From: Carcharhinus longimanus
Lineage: Eukaryota
Direction of reading: 5' to 3'
Assembly (NCBI GenBank): GCA_030264375.1
Contig: JASCQW010000190.1
Coordinates: 15,843,219-15,907,218, forward strand
DNA length: 64,000 nt
This document shows, in pieces, positions 13,705 through 26,220 of this stretch (position 1 is its first letter; each line of letters opens with the position of its first letter). The notes below the pieces were generated by a model that had not been told where the DNA came from, ran no database searches, and saw only the letters and a list, made by a program, of their open reading frames with translations. The translations under genes and the position numbers were made by a program.

Positions 13705-14320
13705 TGTAATACATGAGGAGATACATAGAGAAAGCCCATACAGCCAGGCCTCACCAGAGGGATGCAAAGGGTTAATACGAACAGCTAAAGGCATGCTCTA
13801 CCAACTGATAACAATTAACATATGCTATCAACTTCTAACAATAGTAACGCGCAGGAGATCTTTCTAAGTTAGCATAACAATGGGAGAACCAGCGTTGAGA
13901 CAGCCAGGCTCCATACAGTCTAGAGAGTTCATGGTCTTCTGGAAAATATTACCTAGCAGAGGCGGGGAACAATTAACACATCGTAGATTTGTTGGTCAAA
14001 CACAATGCTTTGACATCATAATTGGGTGAAAGGGAGGTGTCCGGAAAAATGATTAGCAATGATATACTGAACAATGTATTTGCATAATGAGATTAAAAGA
14101 ACCATCTTGTATCCAACTTGAGAATTAATATGAAAATATAAAACTCTGCGACATGGAAAAGTATAGTAGGCTGTGTGAATCTACGATGGGCAGCGAGAAC
14201 TTGCAGGCAACCTGGGTTTTCAGGCCCGAGTTCATCGCCCCCTCACACGTGTGGAATAAAAGCATTTCTTGAAGTTCAGCAAGGTCTCCAAGGCTCAACT
14301 TGTTTTATTTTCCTCTTACA
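13705..14320 (+). mobile_element. Candidate solo LTR (616 bp)
   Basis: Termini TGTAA...TTACA. TATAAAA at 14137-14143 precedes AATAAA at 14255-14260. Retains CpGs; no clean TSD. Confidence 0.65.
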
Positions 14321-14371
14321 GCTAGTATTTTGTGCATATGTAATTCTCTACACTCTGATTAATCAATGCTT

Positions 14372-14620
14372 GTAGAACATAGAACACTACAGCACAAACA
14401 GGCCNNNNNNNNNNNNNNNNNNNNNNNNNNNNNNNNNNNNNNNNNNNNNNNNNNNNNNNNNNNNNNNNNNNNNNNNNNNNNNNNNNNNNNNNNNNNNNNN
14501 NNNNNNNNNNNNNNNNNNNNNNNNNNNNNNNNNNNNNNNNCTATATAAATGGTAAATAGCTGAGGCCCCAGCACCGACCCCTGGGGCACTCCACTAGTCA
14601 CCATCCGCCAATCCGAACCA
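14372..14620 (-). mobile_element. CR1 LINE 3' fragment spanning an assembly gap
   Basis: Encodes [25 protein letters not shown]. Tail repeat tagaacatagaaca; N gap 14405-14540. Confidence 0.9.
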
Positions 14621-14679
14621 ATACTGTCAGCCCCACAATCATAAAACATCCAGTGATACTACTCAAAACAGCTAAATAG

Positions 14680-14880
14680 TCTTGCCATTATGTATTCCTC
14701 CAATGGCACAAGGAATGATCTGGTCTTTTCATGACTACTGTGGGAGCTTGCTTTAAGTAAATTGGTTGTTGTGTCTCCTACATGAGTTAACAAAACTTCA
14801 AGCGTACTTAATTGGTTGCAAAACACTATAGATGTCCCAGGGTCATGGAAGATACTACATAAAATGCAAATACTTTACCT
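14680..14880 (+). mobile_element. DeuSINE-like 3' fragment
   Basis: Segment tgtgggagcttgct...aaattggttg...ataaaatgcaaa is homologous to 25850-26220. Confidence 0.7.
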
Positions 14881-15659
14881 ATTCCTACTCCATTTGTTCA
14901 CATAATTAGAAACTAATTTTAAAAGTAATTTTTCTGCTGACTTCTCTGAACATTACTTCCCAGTTATTCTCAATTGACTGACTGTCTTTACTAACAGTGG
15001 CTTGTCTGCACCTTAAAATATTTCCAGACATTTCAGATTATTTCTCACTGGATTTCTCCACTGACATGATTGGCACTGAATTGGGGAATTATTTCAGTTA
15101 CATTGGTTTGTAATGCTGCTTTTCTTCCCATACGATTCCTTTTCAGACCTTTTGGTCAGGCGTTTGCAGAGGTGAAAAATGAAGGTGATTATCATACCTG
15201 ATATCTAGCAACTTTTAAAGTAAAAGTGAAGAAAGGTGCAAGTGATTGGGGTGATGGATGATCCCTCGATAGACTGCATGTTGTTTTCTGGTCCTATATT
15301 TTCCTATTCTTATTCTGGTTTATAACAAACAGCATTCAAATAAATACAATCTAAATTTATGTTGTGCAACCTGAACTAAATTCTGCCACAGCTCAGTGTC
15401 AAATAGAAACCAAACACTTCAAGAACAAAATAAATTAAGCAGGGATCACGTCAGGCCACGATCACATACTCAGAGCAACACTGGCGATGCCCTACATCTG
15501 TCTATCCTCCTCCAGTGCTGTGGAGTATTGGGGAATCAAAACAGGGAAATGGCAGAGGAATGGGGATACTGCTGCATTTGATAAATGACTGTAGCACATC
15601 AGACTTCAGCAAACAAAGGCAATCAATTCACTATTAATGCACAAATAAGCTACACTAAC

Positions 15660-15804
15660 CTTTGCTTATTTCAAGATCAATGGGGTAATCAATATTCTTG
15701 ATCAGTTTCTGGCATCCTCCGGTCTTTTCATAAATGAAGCGTTTAAGATGCAGAACAAGAACAGGAGGCAATTCTTCTAAGGTAACACGGCGACAAATCT
15801 CAAC
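15660..15804 (-). CDS. USP10: USP10 exon 12
   Basis: 145 nt, [48 protein letters not shown] (LHLKRF box). Junctions tttcag| and |gttagt. Confidence 0.97.
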
Positions 15805-16907
15805 CTGAAACAGTGAGTGGAAATGAATTTCAAGTCTTGCAGCATGAGAATATGTAATGGCTTCATGGGCAAATTAGCCATGTGTCACTTTGGTAAAAAA
15901 CAATCTGCAAAGTACTAAAATCATACAATACTTTTTAAATCATGAAACTATATTAATTCATTTTCCTTACTGCAGGATTTACTTAATTCCAAGATTTTAT
16001 AGCAATCTAATATATTTGGAGAAGGACAAATTTTATCCAACACTTTTACTTATTTAAAACGCCGATTGAACAGTTTGTCTTCAGCCAGAAATTGTACACA
16101 ATTTCAAGGCATCTCCATTATCTCTCATTTACTTAGAACTCTTCCAACTAAATCGCTTTTCAGCCTTTGGCTAAGACCAAGCCCAAGATGGGGTGCAATG
16201 CTTCATCCCGTCACTTAGATCTTGTTTGTCTCTCTTATGAGGACCATGAATTGAGGTTAGGTTTTTGGAGCAAGGAATGGATTTGGGTTTGCCCAGTCCC
16301 CCATTCTGAGCATTGGCTTTGTAACTTTAAGGATGGAGTAAAAAATGTTAAAATAATCAAGGGGTTCTGCCAATAAAATTATAAGTAATACTCAAAGGTA
16401 AATCAACAAAGCTGTTATCACAATAATACCCAATATTCAATCTCAAATGGCAATGTCAGAAATATGGCAGTAGAATGGTATCCTTTGGGTCAGGATAGTG
16501 TTATAATTCACAATACAGATTTATGATTATATGTTGAGCTATAATATGCAAATGAATTCTAAATGCTGGCCAAACTAGCAATGCTCACATTCCATGAATG
16601 AATTTTGAAAGGACAGACCAAATCTGTGGCAACAAAAATCCAAGTATTTTGGTTTCATATTAAAATGAATATACTTACTTGATGAGCATTTTAAATGCCA
16701 CCATAAGCTACAGAGAAGGCATATACACTGGCTATTCATTCTGCGAAACAATTGCTTGTACTCTAGCTTCTACAAACCAGGATAAGAATCAAAATGTTTG
16801 CGTACAAGTAGAACTCTAAAAAAAAATGCAGCTGGAAATTAAATGGATTTTACTTGTTGCGTGATCCCCATTTATATTTGGAATCCATTGTAATTAGAAA
16901 CGCGTAC

Positions 16908-17073
16908 CTCCTGCTTAGTTTTAGTGGTATATCCCTGGACAGACTCCCGGGCCACCAAGCTTTCCAGAGCATCCTGCACTGTGCGGATCTTTTCAGACTG
17001 TATATCAAGCTGCAGCGAGAAGAACAGCTGGAGGGTAGCAGATTCCTTGGAGCTTTGCTGGTAAACCACGGAC
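16908..17073 (-). CDS. USP10: USP10 exon 11
   Basis: 166 nt, [55 protein letters not shown]. Junctions cctccag| and |gtacgc. Confidence 0.97.
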
Positions 17074-17103
17074 CTGGAGGCAATGTAAAAAGTGGGCATG
17101 ATT

Positions 17104-17350
17104 CATAAGAACATAAGAAATAGGAGCAGGAGTAGGCCATCTGGCCCTTCGAGCCTGCCCCGCCATTCAATAAGANNNNNNNNNNNNNNNNNNNNNNNNN
17201 NNNNNNNNNNNNNNNNNNNNNNNNNNNNNNNNNNNNNNNNNNNNNNNNNNNNNNNNNNNNNNNNNNNNNNNNNNNACCATTCTTCCTACCAAAGTGGACC
17301 ACCTCACACTTGCCAACATTAAATTCCATTTGCCATTTCCTGGCCCATTC
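17104..17350 (-). mobile_element. Young 5'-truncated CR1 LINE spanning a gap
   Basis: Encodes EWARKWQMEFNVGKCEVVHFGRKN. Tail (TTCTTATG)2; gap 17176-17275. Confidence 0.92.
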
Positions 17351-17644
17351 AAAAGCACTAGCTAAATATCTTTTAGAAAACAAGGGAATACCTAAATTGC
17401 AAAGCTGTGTTCTAAACATGGTAATGGAATTTATAACACACACAACTAACAAGCTTTTTGGAGGGATAAATTTGCTACACTATGTAGAATCATAAAGTGT
17501 CTGTGTCAGTTCTTAGAATGTTACCAATTCGTCCCGCTCCACTGTTCAGTCCCCATAGCCATGAAATTTTCTCCCTCTTGCTGTTTAGCTTATTTTAGTC
17601 CACTAGTTGGCTTTATAGCGCAAAAATAGAACACAATTATACAG

Positions 17645-17780
17645 TCAGAGGTTTACAACACGGAAACAGGCCCTTTGGCCCAACCTGCCCAGTTTTTAAC
17701 CACTGTTAATCCCAATTGCCCGTATTTGGCCCATATCCCTCTATAACCATCTTACCCATGTAACTGTCTGAGTGCTTTAT
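17645..17780 (-). mobile_element. CR1 3' end fragment
   Basis: Motif acaacacggaaacaggccctttggccc; similar to 18500-18780. Confidence 0.7.
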
Positions 17781-18499
17781 ATAGAATGAATGCTGATGGA
17801 GAGAAGGTAGTGAACGTGCCATCACCGGATGAGCTTAAACCACAAACCTGTTGGTTTACAGCTTATTGCAGTAAGCCAATTGCGCTACAGAGACTACAGT
17901 TCATTGCCTATTTGCCTGATTTTGTTTTTTGCCAACAGTTTATGCAACTCCTACCAAAATTTTTAATGGTGATGCCGTAGAAAAAAATATTCCCTTTTCA
18001 AAATAATTCCAAACAAAAAAAAATATAAACATTGATAGACAAGGTATTTTTATTTACAATTATTTTAGAGGAATCTGATATAACTTGTATCTGGTGGCAA
18101 ATATATCCAATGGAAGGAATGGGTAATAGGTGTGATACTACATTATGTAGGTCTTTGCTGAAGCAAAAGCTGGTCATTCGGTTTTATGGTTCATATATTG
18201 GAGCACTGCAAGTTTATGGGGTTTTTTTTTCCACAGACTATTTCTTGAATCACACTGCTTCCTCTACTTTATGGCAAACACCTAATCAAATAATAAAGCT
18301 CTGATTTTACATACTAGTTCTTTTAGTCAAAGGCTGACATTGCCCTGCTAAAGCAGTTAAGTCCCACTCATGCCATTGTTGCTGTCACTGATATACAAGG
18401 TAAAAATTGTTTTAAAACAATGCTTTAAGTTCAAACCAAGTGTCAGATAACAAAAAAGTCGCAGCATTATAGCATATGCACAAGTCACTCAAAAACATT

Positions 18500-18780
18500 C
18501 GTCACTGAAGTTTACAGCATGGAAACAGGCCCTTCGGCCCAACTTGAACCTGTTGCCCTTTTCTCATAATCCCTTAGCTAGTCCCAATTGCCCACGTTTG
18601 GCTCATATCCTTCTATACCCATGTAACTGTCTCAACACTTTTAAAAAGACAAAATTGCGCCCGTCTCTCCTATTACCTCTGGCAGCTTGTTCCAGGCACT
18701 CATCACCCTCTGTGAGAAAAAATTTGCCCCTCTGGAGCCTTTTGTATCTCTCCCTTCTCACTTTAAACCTATGCCCTCTA
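18500..18780 (-). mobile_element. CR1 3' end fragment
   Basis: acagcatggaaacaggcccttcggccc...tttaaacctatgccctcta, the reverse of the CR1 ORF2 C-terminal RGHRFK motif. Confidence 0.8.
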
Positions 18781-18873
18781 AAAAGGTTCCATTAACTATA
18801 GTAAAAGGGTGGGGTTCCACAACAGAATGATACAGGTCATTCAATAATGAAATAGACAGGGATTGTGAGTTAC

Positions 18874-19051
18874 CTGATGTGTCCTCCAAAGACATCAGTG
18901 ATTGGGGTTCGAATGAAATCAGATTGGCGAGTAACAGACGTCTTATTCCGGGGGCCAACTTGCTCCCATTCATCCTCACTACCTTCGCCTTGCTCCTCCA
19001 ACTCTTCTTCAGTTCCTTGTTGTAATTCGGGTCCATTTGAAACAGCAGTTC
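18874..19051 (-). CDS. USP10: USP10 exon 10
   Basis: 178 nt, [58 protein letters not shown]. Junctions tttttaaag| and |gtaact. Confidence 0.95.
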
Positions 19052-19639
19052 CTTTAAAAAAAAATTACTTCAAGATAAACCTCACCCGCTTTTATTGCAG
19101 TCTATATTGAAAAAGATTCGATAACAGCATCCCAGTACATGATTTCAGCGTGCTGTGCAAATTGAAAAGAAACCAAGAAAACTCCTCCTCACCTTGGTCA
19201 TGAATAGCACACTTGGCTTCTCTCTGTAAAGTATAGGTTATTTAGCTACACTAAAGTAAAAAAATTGAATGAGTCATTTCAGAACAATAGAAGTTGTCTG
19301 CTGGGATATAGAGAAATACCTTCTGTAGTGCACTGGTGATATTCTTGTATTTGTTTCCACACACAGAGTCCAGACAAAACAAAAACTTAAGCTATAGTTA
19401 GCATTTTATTGAACGCCTATTAATAAATTTTGTACTCCGTGCATGCACAGCAGTTTCATGACAGAACTTTAAAGGCTTGTATATATATTTTTGGCAGCTG
19501 CAAACTAGTGTTCGACCCCAGTTTCAGTCAAGCATGTCCAAAAGATTTTAAAAAGCCATACAACAGACCAACAAACAGAAATAGACTCCCGTCTCCCGTA
19601 CTTGTCAAGACACCCCTTAAAAGGTCACTATCGTATCTG

Positions 19640-22000
19640 CTTAAATGGCCTAGCAAGCCACTCAATTGTATCAAACTGCTGAAAGTGTACAAAAAGGATT
19701 AAATCAACTGGATCACTCAGCATCATTGAACATTACCTGGAAGAAGCAATGAAGGTGACTAGGGTGATGGGGGACCCATTGCCAAAAATGGCTCAATAGC
19801 ACCATAATTGACCAAGCTGGCAAAGTCCTAAAGGATACTGGTGCTAGACAGGAACTGCAGCAGATAATAAGGGAACCAACAAATGGAAAAAGCGCACTTG
19901 CCTCGTCCTCACCAATTCACCTGTCGCAAATACATCGATCCATGATGGTATTGGTAGTAGTGCCAATGCACAGACCTTACAAGAAGTCTCACTTTCACAT
20001 TGAGGATACCCGCCTTGTGTGAATGGCACTAAATGGGACAGATTTTGAACAGATTTAGCAATTCAAAACTGGACAACCACGTGGGCCATCACTGCAGCAA
20101 AATGGTATACAACCACAACCTGAAACCACACCACAGCCCCCAGTCTATCACTGCCACCAATCTGGAAAATTAGCTCTGATTCAATGAAAAGTGCAGGACG
20201 ACATTCCAGGACAATCTAAAAACGAGGTGTCAACCTGGTGGAGTTACAACACAGGATTGCTTGCATGCCAAACAGCTTGTGATAGACAGAGCAAAACAAT
20301 CCCATAACTCGACAGTGCTGCCCCATCCTGCCATGAATAGTGGAAGACAGTAAAACAACTAACAGCAGGAGGCAGCATATCCAAATAAAGCCTCCATCCT
20401 CAATCAGTGCAAAACACAAAGCTGAAATATTTGCAACAATCTGCAACCAGAAGGGCAGAGTGGATGATCTATCTCTGCCTCCTCCAGAAGTCCCCATCAT
20501 TCCAGATGTCTGTCTTCAGCCAATTTAATTGGCTTCACGTTATATCAAGAAATGGCTGAAGGCATTGGATACTGCAATGGCTATTTATGTATGTTCAAGA
20601 ATATGCTGGTCCCTTAGCCATGCTATTCCAGTACAGTTACAACACTTACATCAACCAAGCAGTATGGAAAACTGCCCAATGTCCTGCCTGCAAAACATAG
20701 GACAAATCCAATCCAACCAATTATCTATCCCATCAGTCTACTCTCGACCATCAGCAAGGTGATGGAAAGGGTCATCAACAGTACTATCAAATAGCACTTA
20801 CTCAGGAATAACCTGCTTACTAACGCCATTTCGTTACCATCATGGCCACTTAGCTCCTGACATCACTAAATCCTTAGTCCAAACACGGACAATCGAACTG
20901 AATGCCATAGGTAAGATGAGAGCGACTAGTCTTGACATCAAGGTAGCATTTGACTGAGCATAACATCAAGGGGCTCTAGCAAAGCTGGAGTCAAAAGGGA
21001 AATCAAGGGTATAACTCTTCACTGGCAGGAGTCATACCCTGTACAGATGATGATGGTTGTGGTTATTGGAGGTCAATCATTTCAGTCCCAGCACATCACT
21101 GCAGGGGTTCTTCAGGGTAATATCCTAGGTCCAACTATCATCAGGTTCTTCATCAATGACCTTCCTCTGAGGTCAGAAGTGGGGTTGTGTGCTAATATTC
21201 ATCATCATTCATGATTCCTCAGATACTGAAGCAGTTCATGTCCATATGCAGCAACATCCAGACTTTGGCTAAGTCACAATTAACATTCCCATCACAAGTG
21301 CCTAGCAATGACCATTTCCAACAAGAATCCAACCATCTCCCCATGACATCCAATGGCATGACCATCGCTGAATCCCCCACCTTCAACATTCTGGGGTTTC
21401 TCATTGACCAGAAACTGAACAGGAACAGCCATACAACTATTGTGACTTCAAATACAAGTCAAAGACTGGGAATTCTGAAGTAACCTACCTGCTAACTCTC
21501 CAAAGCCTGTCCATCATTTATAAAACACAAGTCAGGAACATGATGGAATACTCTTCACTTGCTTGGACGAGTGTCTCAAACAACACTTAAGGATCTTAAT
21601 ACACTCCCAAAGCAGCCTGCTTTTGATCAGCACTCCATTTATCACCTTCAACCCTGATGGACAATGACAGCAGTGTGTATCATCTGCAATATACACTGCA
21701 GGAATTCACCAAGGCTTCTAAGGCATTATTGTCCAAACCTATAACTACTACTATCTGAAAGGACAAAAGCAGCAGATATATGGAAACACCATCACGTGCA
21801 AGTTCCCCTCCAAGTCATTCAACATACTTACTTGGAAATATATTGTTGTTCCTTCATTGTCACTGGGTCAAAATCCTGGAACTCCTTCTCAAACACCGTT
21901 GGTTTAACTACAACTGCAGCAGCTTAAGACAGCACACCACTGCTTTCCCAAGGACAATTAGGGCTGGATGATAAAATTGTCCACCTAGCCAGCAATCTTG
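19640..22000 (+). mobile_element. Long degenerate LINE family A copy (5' region, endonuclease remnant, RT, 3' tail)
   Basis: RT remnants such as LDIKVAFD and AGVLQGNILGPTI...FINDLP; KHKAEIFATICNQKGRVDD. Many stops and deletions; tail ggacaattaggg. Confidence 0.88.
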
Positions 22001-22540
22001 TGAAATTTTTTTTAAAATCCAGAGGCTCGCATTAATGACCGAGACAAGTTCAAATTCCATCACAGCAGTTACACAATTTAAATTCATTTATACAAATAAA
22101 TCTGGAATTAAAAAAAACTAGCACCAACTGAAATCCCTCTATTCCCCGTTTGTTCATGCCTATCAAGATAAGAGAGAAGCTCTGGCATTGGAGTAATTAA
22201 CCTCCAGTCACAAACTGACATTACAGAATTGGTCAAATATAGTCAAAATGAACAGGCTATTAAAAAAGCATTTACCATTGTGCAAAAATTAGCCATTACT
22301 GATTTGGAAGTGTCAACCTCTGCCAACAAATGCTCCAGCAAAGATTTGCACCGCAAAACTGATAACAAAGACACTTCTACCAAATAACGAAAAGGTACAA
22401 AATAAGTAATTACCATCAGATTACTGGGAAAATATCTGAAGCTATGCAGCATATGTGAATTGTAAGTCAGTAACTGCACAAAAATTTTCAACACGTTTGG
22501 GACATCTTGATACAAATTCAGGATTAGTCCAATTGATTCT

Positions 22541-22596
22541 TTATAATACTTTATATAATATTTATATAATATATATAATTATTTATATAATATTTC
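22541..22596. repeat. AT-rich low-complexity repeat (TTATATAATA-like units)
   Basis: Imperfect tandem units directly visible. Confidence 0.7.
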
Positions 22597-23139
22597 ATTA
22601 AGTAACTATACTTAATTTTGGAATTTTTTTTTGATAGTCATTATCTCTGGTGAGTCTCAGCACTATCCAATGATCTGGAGAACAAGGAATATCTAAAATG
22701 GTCTACCTTTAATTATCATAAAGAATTAAATTAGCAATTGAAAAGATTATAACATGTTAGTTGAGACGTTTACAACATGCATTAAAGATACAGTAAGAAT
22801 ATAAAACATTTAGAGTCAAGGGTTTTCTGATTTTTATCGCAATGCCTGAAGAAACTACCAAATAAACTTGTCTACAAGTTGACCCAATGACTTATCGCCA
22901 TAAAAATGTAATTTATCATGTATCGCACATGAAAGCAGACTGTAGAATTTTAGAGAAAAGCAGTGTTGTATTAATGGATTACTTAACCTGCAATTATTAT
23001 GGTTCATTCACTTAAAGACATGTGCAGATACCTCCCAGCCAATTACAAAACTAATGTGTACCACATGATCTGAGACATTCTTCCTTAAAGAATATCAAAT
23101 ATACAGCTCAATTTAAACTGGATTAAAAAATGGCAGAAT

Positions 23140-23900
23140 AGGTTAGTGAGCACTGGCAAAATATCACGCCAGCTGTGGAACCATCCAACTTTTATGCCCT
23201 CAAAAGTGAAGAAAGTTGATATTTTAGAATTGAAGGCCAGTGGCAGCTGGTGCACAAGATTAACGAAAAGGCACAATTTATTGCTGCCAGAACATGTCTG
23301 TCATCTGACCTCAACAACAAAACCCTCGATTTCCACTACTGTCATGTGACATCAAGAATGTACAACAAATGGCCCGAACTGCAAATACGGGTGAAACACC
23401 ATGAACTTCGACATGCTAGCAAACAAGACCATTACCAAGATTGGTTAAAAAAATCATCTTTGTAAAGATGACTGGTCATGAGAAGGGCAACTCAATGGTT
23501 CCATTTTTTTTTTTGGCTGTTGGCACAAAATTAAATCAGATGGTGACGGTTAAGCACAAAGCTCTCCCCAAAGAGAAATTTCAGAAAAACGTCATCCTTG
23601 TTCACGAAAGGCTAGGTGGATGAACGCAGTTGTAAGAAGTAGATTGATCTGAGACGAGGAGGACTGCACAAAGAAAAATATGCTTGCTCATCGCGGCATG
23701 TTCAAATCCCAACTGTTTGCCGATGATGCAAAATCAACTAAAACCTGGTGGTCTTACAAATATTATTCAGCCCTTGGATGTGTATAAATAAACCTCTCAA
23801 GGGACATATCCCAACAATATAGAACAATTGGATGTTGGACAGTGAAAAAATATTCACTAAAAGTGGAGTAATGCAAACAGTCTCATGAGCAACATTGTGC
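23140..23900 (+). mobile_element. pogo-family (Tc1/mariner superfamily) transposase relic
   Basis: KASGSWCTRLTKRHNL (CENP-B-type HTH), KMTGHEKG...GTKL...LPKEKF, and PGGLTNIIQPLDV.INKPLK (DDE_1), all frameshifted. Confidence 0.8.
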
Positions 23901-23998
23901 CAATGGGTCACGGACTCATGGAATGCATCTGATCTCAATATTGTCTAAAAACAATTTCTAAAATGTGGAATAATGAATACATGTAAAAGTACCAAGAA

Positions 23999-24300
23999 GG
24001 GCAGCATGGTGGTACAGTGGTTAGCACTGTCACCTCACAGCACCAGGGTGCTGGGTTCAATCCCCAGCTTGAGTCACTGTGCGAAGTCTGCACGACCTCC
24101 CCATGTTTGTGTGGGTTTTCTTCAGTCTCTCCGATTTTCTCCCACAGTCCAAAAGACATGTTAGTTAGGTGCATTGGCCATGCTAAATTCTCCCTCAGTG
24201 TATCCGAACAAGCGCCAGACTGTGGCGACTAGGGGATTTTTACAGTAACTTCATTGCAGTGTTAATGTAAGCCTACTCGTGACACTAATAAATAAACTTC
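23999..24300 (+). mobile_element. V-SINE (HE1-like head and core), tail type B
   Basis: tRNA head with A box TGGTACAGTGG and B box GGTTCAATCCC, V-core, and tail ...cacTAATAAATAAACTT. Confidence 0.9.
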
Positions 24301-24754
24301 AAAGTTAAAAAACTTGTGGAACAAGGATACCAGTACTACCAATGACAAACATGATAAAGGTGGCCCACCTGATGTAATGCAAAACCGGGCTATTCAGATT
24401 CAAATAGTTCCAAATGACTCTCGATTGCTATGTGAAGCATTGTAGTTAATTCATTATGGTATTATTTCTATTGCGTTGGAGTAAATGTTTACAAGTAGTT
24501 TTTGTTATAAATTATTAAAGAATTAATTTGGATGCTTTATTGTCGTTGGTTTTTACTTTAGTCCATTGTTGGTCTTTTCTGGGCCCAAACGAAGCACACA
24601 TATCAATCCCTCAAAAACATTACCCAAGTAAAAATCTACCCACAACCTTTGACCCAGAGAAAATTCAGCTTTTACATGAATATATAAACTAGTCACATTT
24701 CAGGAACCAACTGTAAAGTTCTGGGGGCAAGGGGGAGAACTAAAGATCACTTAC

Positions 24755-24854
24755 TTTCATCCTGAGGAGTTATCAGTTTCTTCAGTGCCAACATTTCCTC
24801 ATGCAGGCCATTTAAAATTAAGCCCAAATATTCCTCTGCGTCTTCTTGCCGACC
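24755..24854 (-). CDS. USP10: USP10 exon 9
   Basis: 100 nt, [33 protein letters not shown] (QED box). Junctions tttag| and |gtaagt. Confidence 0.97.
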
Positions 24855-24954
24855 CTAAACGAGAAAACACGATTCATTAGTTAAAACATATGTTTAAGAA
24901 AAACAAGCTGAAAACGAAACTAGTGATAAGAAAGTTTCAGCAGGAAAAATAACA

Positions 24955-25290
24955 CTTGCCCTGCTATAGAACCTTATGTAATTTTTCAGAACACCCCAAA
25001 GTTTTTCAACCCAATGAATTATTTTACTTTAAAATAATCAGATATGTGGATACATACAGCAGTTAAATTGCACACAATAAGGTCCCACAAACAGCAAGTG
25101 AGATGAATGGCCAATTAAGTTTTTTTGTGCTGTTAGTGAGCAAGGAATGCTGGCAGGACCCTTGGACCCTGTTCCACTTAAGGTTTGTGGTGCAAGTTCT
25201 TTAGCATTCACATGGAACAGAGGTGGAGCCTCAGTTTAACCTCATGGCTTCTCATCCCACAATCCCTCAGTTCTGCACTGGATGGTCAGC
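24955..25290 (-). mobile_element. Degenerate DeuSINE-like element
   Basis: Reverse-complement similarity to 25850-26220 (ttgcacacaataaggtcccacaaacagcaa). Confidence 0.65.
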
Positions 25291-25579
25291 AGGTTAAGTT
25301 GCTAAAAATAACAGGCCTGTCCTGATTGTAATCAACCATTTCCCTCAAATAGACATGCTCCTAGAATACTGGGCAATGCAGCAGACTGAGATTAGTGTAG
25401 CCACTCCTGAAATTGCTTTCTCAAATATGGCCTGATCAAAACAACGGTTAGAGAGCTTCAACAAAGGATGTGGCTGCAACTACAATAACTTGGCTAACAG
25501 AAAGTGATTAGTGCAAGAAAGGCGGCCACCGGTTTGATGTTCAGTTGAAGCAAACGATATTAGTCATGGAACATGCTCA

Positions 25580-25680
25580 AAATCTAAATGCTGGAAAAAC
25601 TCAGCAGGTCTGGCAGCATCTGTGGAGAGAGAGAAACAGAGTTAATGTTTTCAGTCTATATGACTCTTTTTCAGAGCTGA
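25580..25680. repeat. Penelope-like terminal repeat fragment
   Basis: tgctggaaaaactcagcaggtctggcagcatctgtggagaga; related arms at 44460-44720. Confidence 0.55.
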
Positions 25681-25849
25681 ATATGCTCCTTGTGGGGGAC
25701 CAAAGGTCCTGAGGAGGCATCTTAAAATGTGTCTTCGACAGAACGTCCAGGTTTTCTTGAAATCCGTTAATCTACCATCAAAACACATTCATGAAAACAG
25801 CTGTTGCAGATTGAAACCCCAGGATAAAAAATGTTCATATTCTCACGTT

Positions 25850-26220
25850 TGAGTCAGATAGTTACGGGTTCAAGCCCCTTCTCAGAGACTTGAGCATGTA
25901 ATCCAGGCCGACAGCTTTGTGAAGTGGCATCTTTAAACAGGGGTCCTTGCCTGTTCCAACAGATCGATGTAAAAGATCCCATGGCACAATTCAAAGAGCA
26001 ACAGGGAAATTCTACCAATGTCTTGTCCAACACTGCTCTCTCAACCAACATAAATATAACATTTCAGAATATTTAGCTTGCTGATAGTTGTGGGATCTTG
26101 CTGTGCAGAAATATGCTGTTGCCTTTGTCTATATTGCAAGTGACTAATGCTTAATTGGCTGTGAAGCTTTTTGGAACATGTTAAGGCCTAGGAAGGCACT
26201 GTATAAATGCAAATCTTCTC
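25850..26220 (+). mobile_element. DeuSINE (SacSINE1/AmnSINE1-like)
   Basis: B-box gggttcaagccc, Deu-domain gatgtaaaagatcccatggcac...tgtgggatcttgctgtgc, and tail tataaatgcaaatcttc. Confidence 0.82.

Noticed and set aside
19640-22000. Active autonomous LINE
   Set aside because: Numerous stops, frameshifts and deletions.
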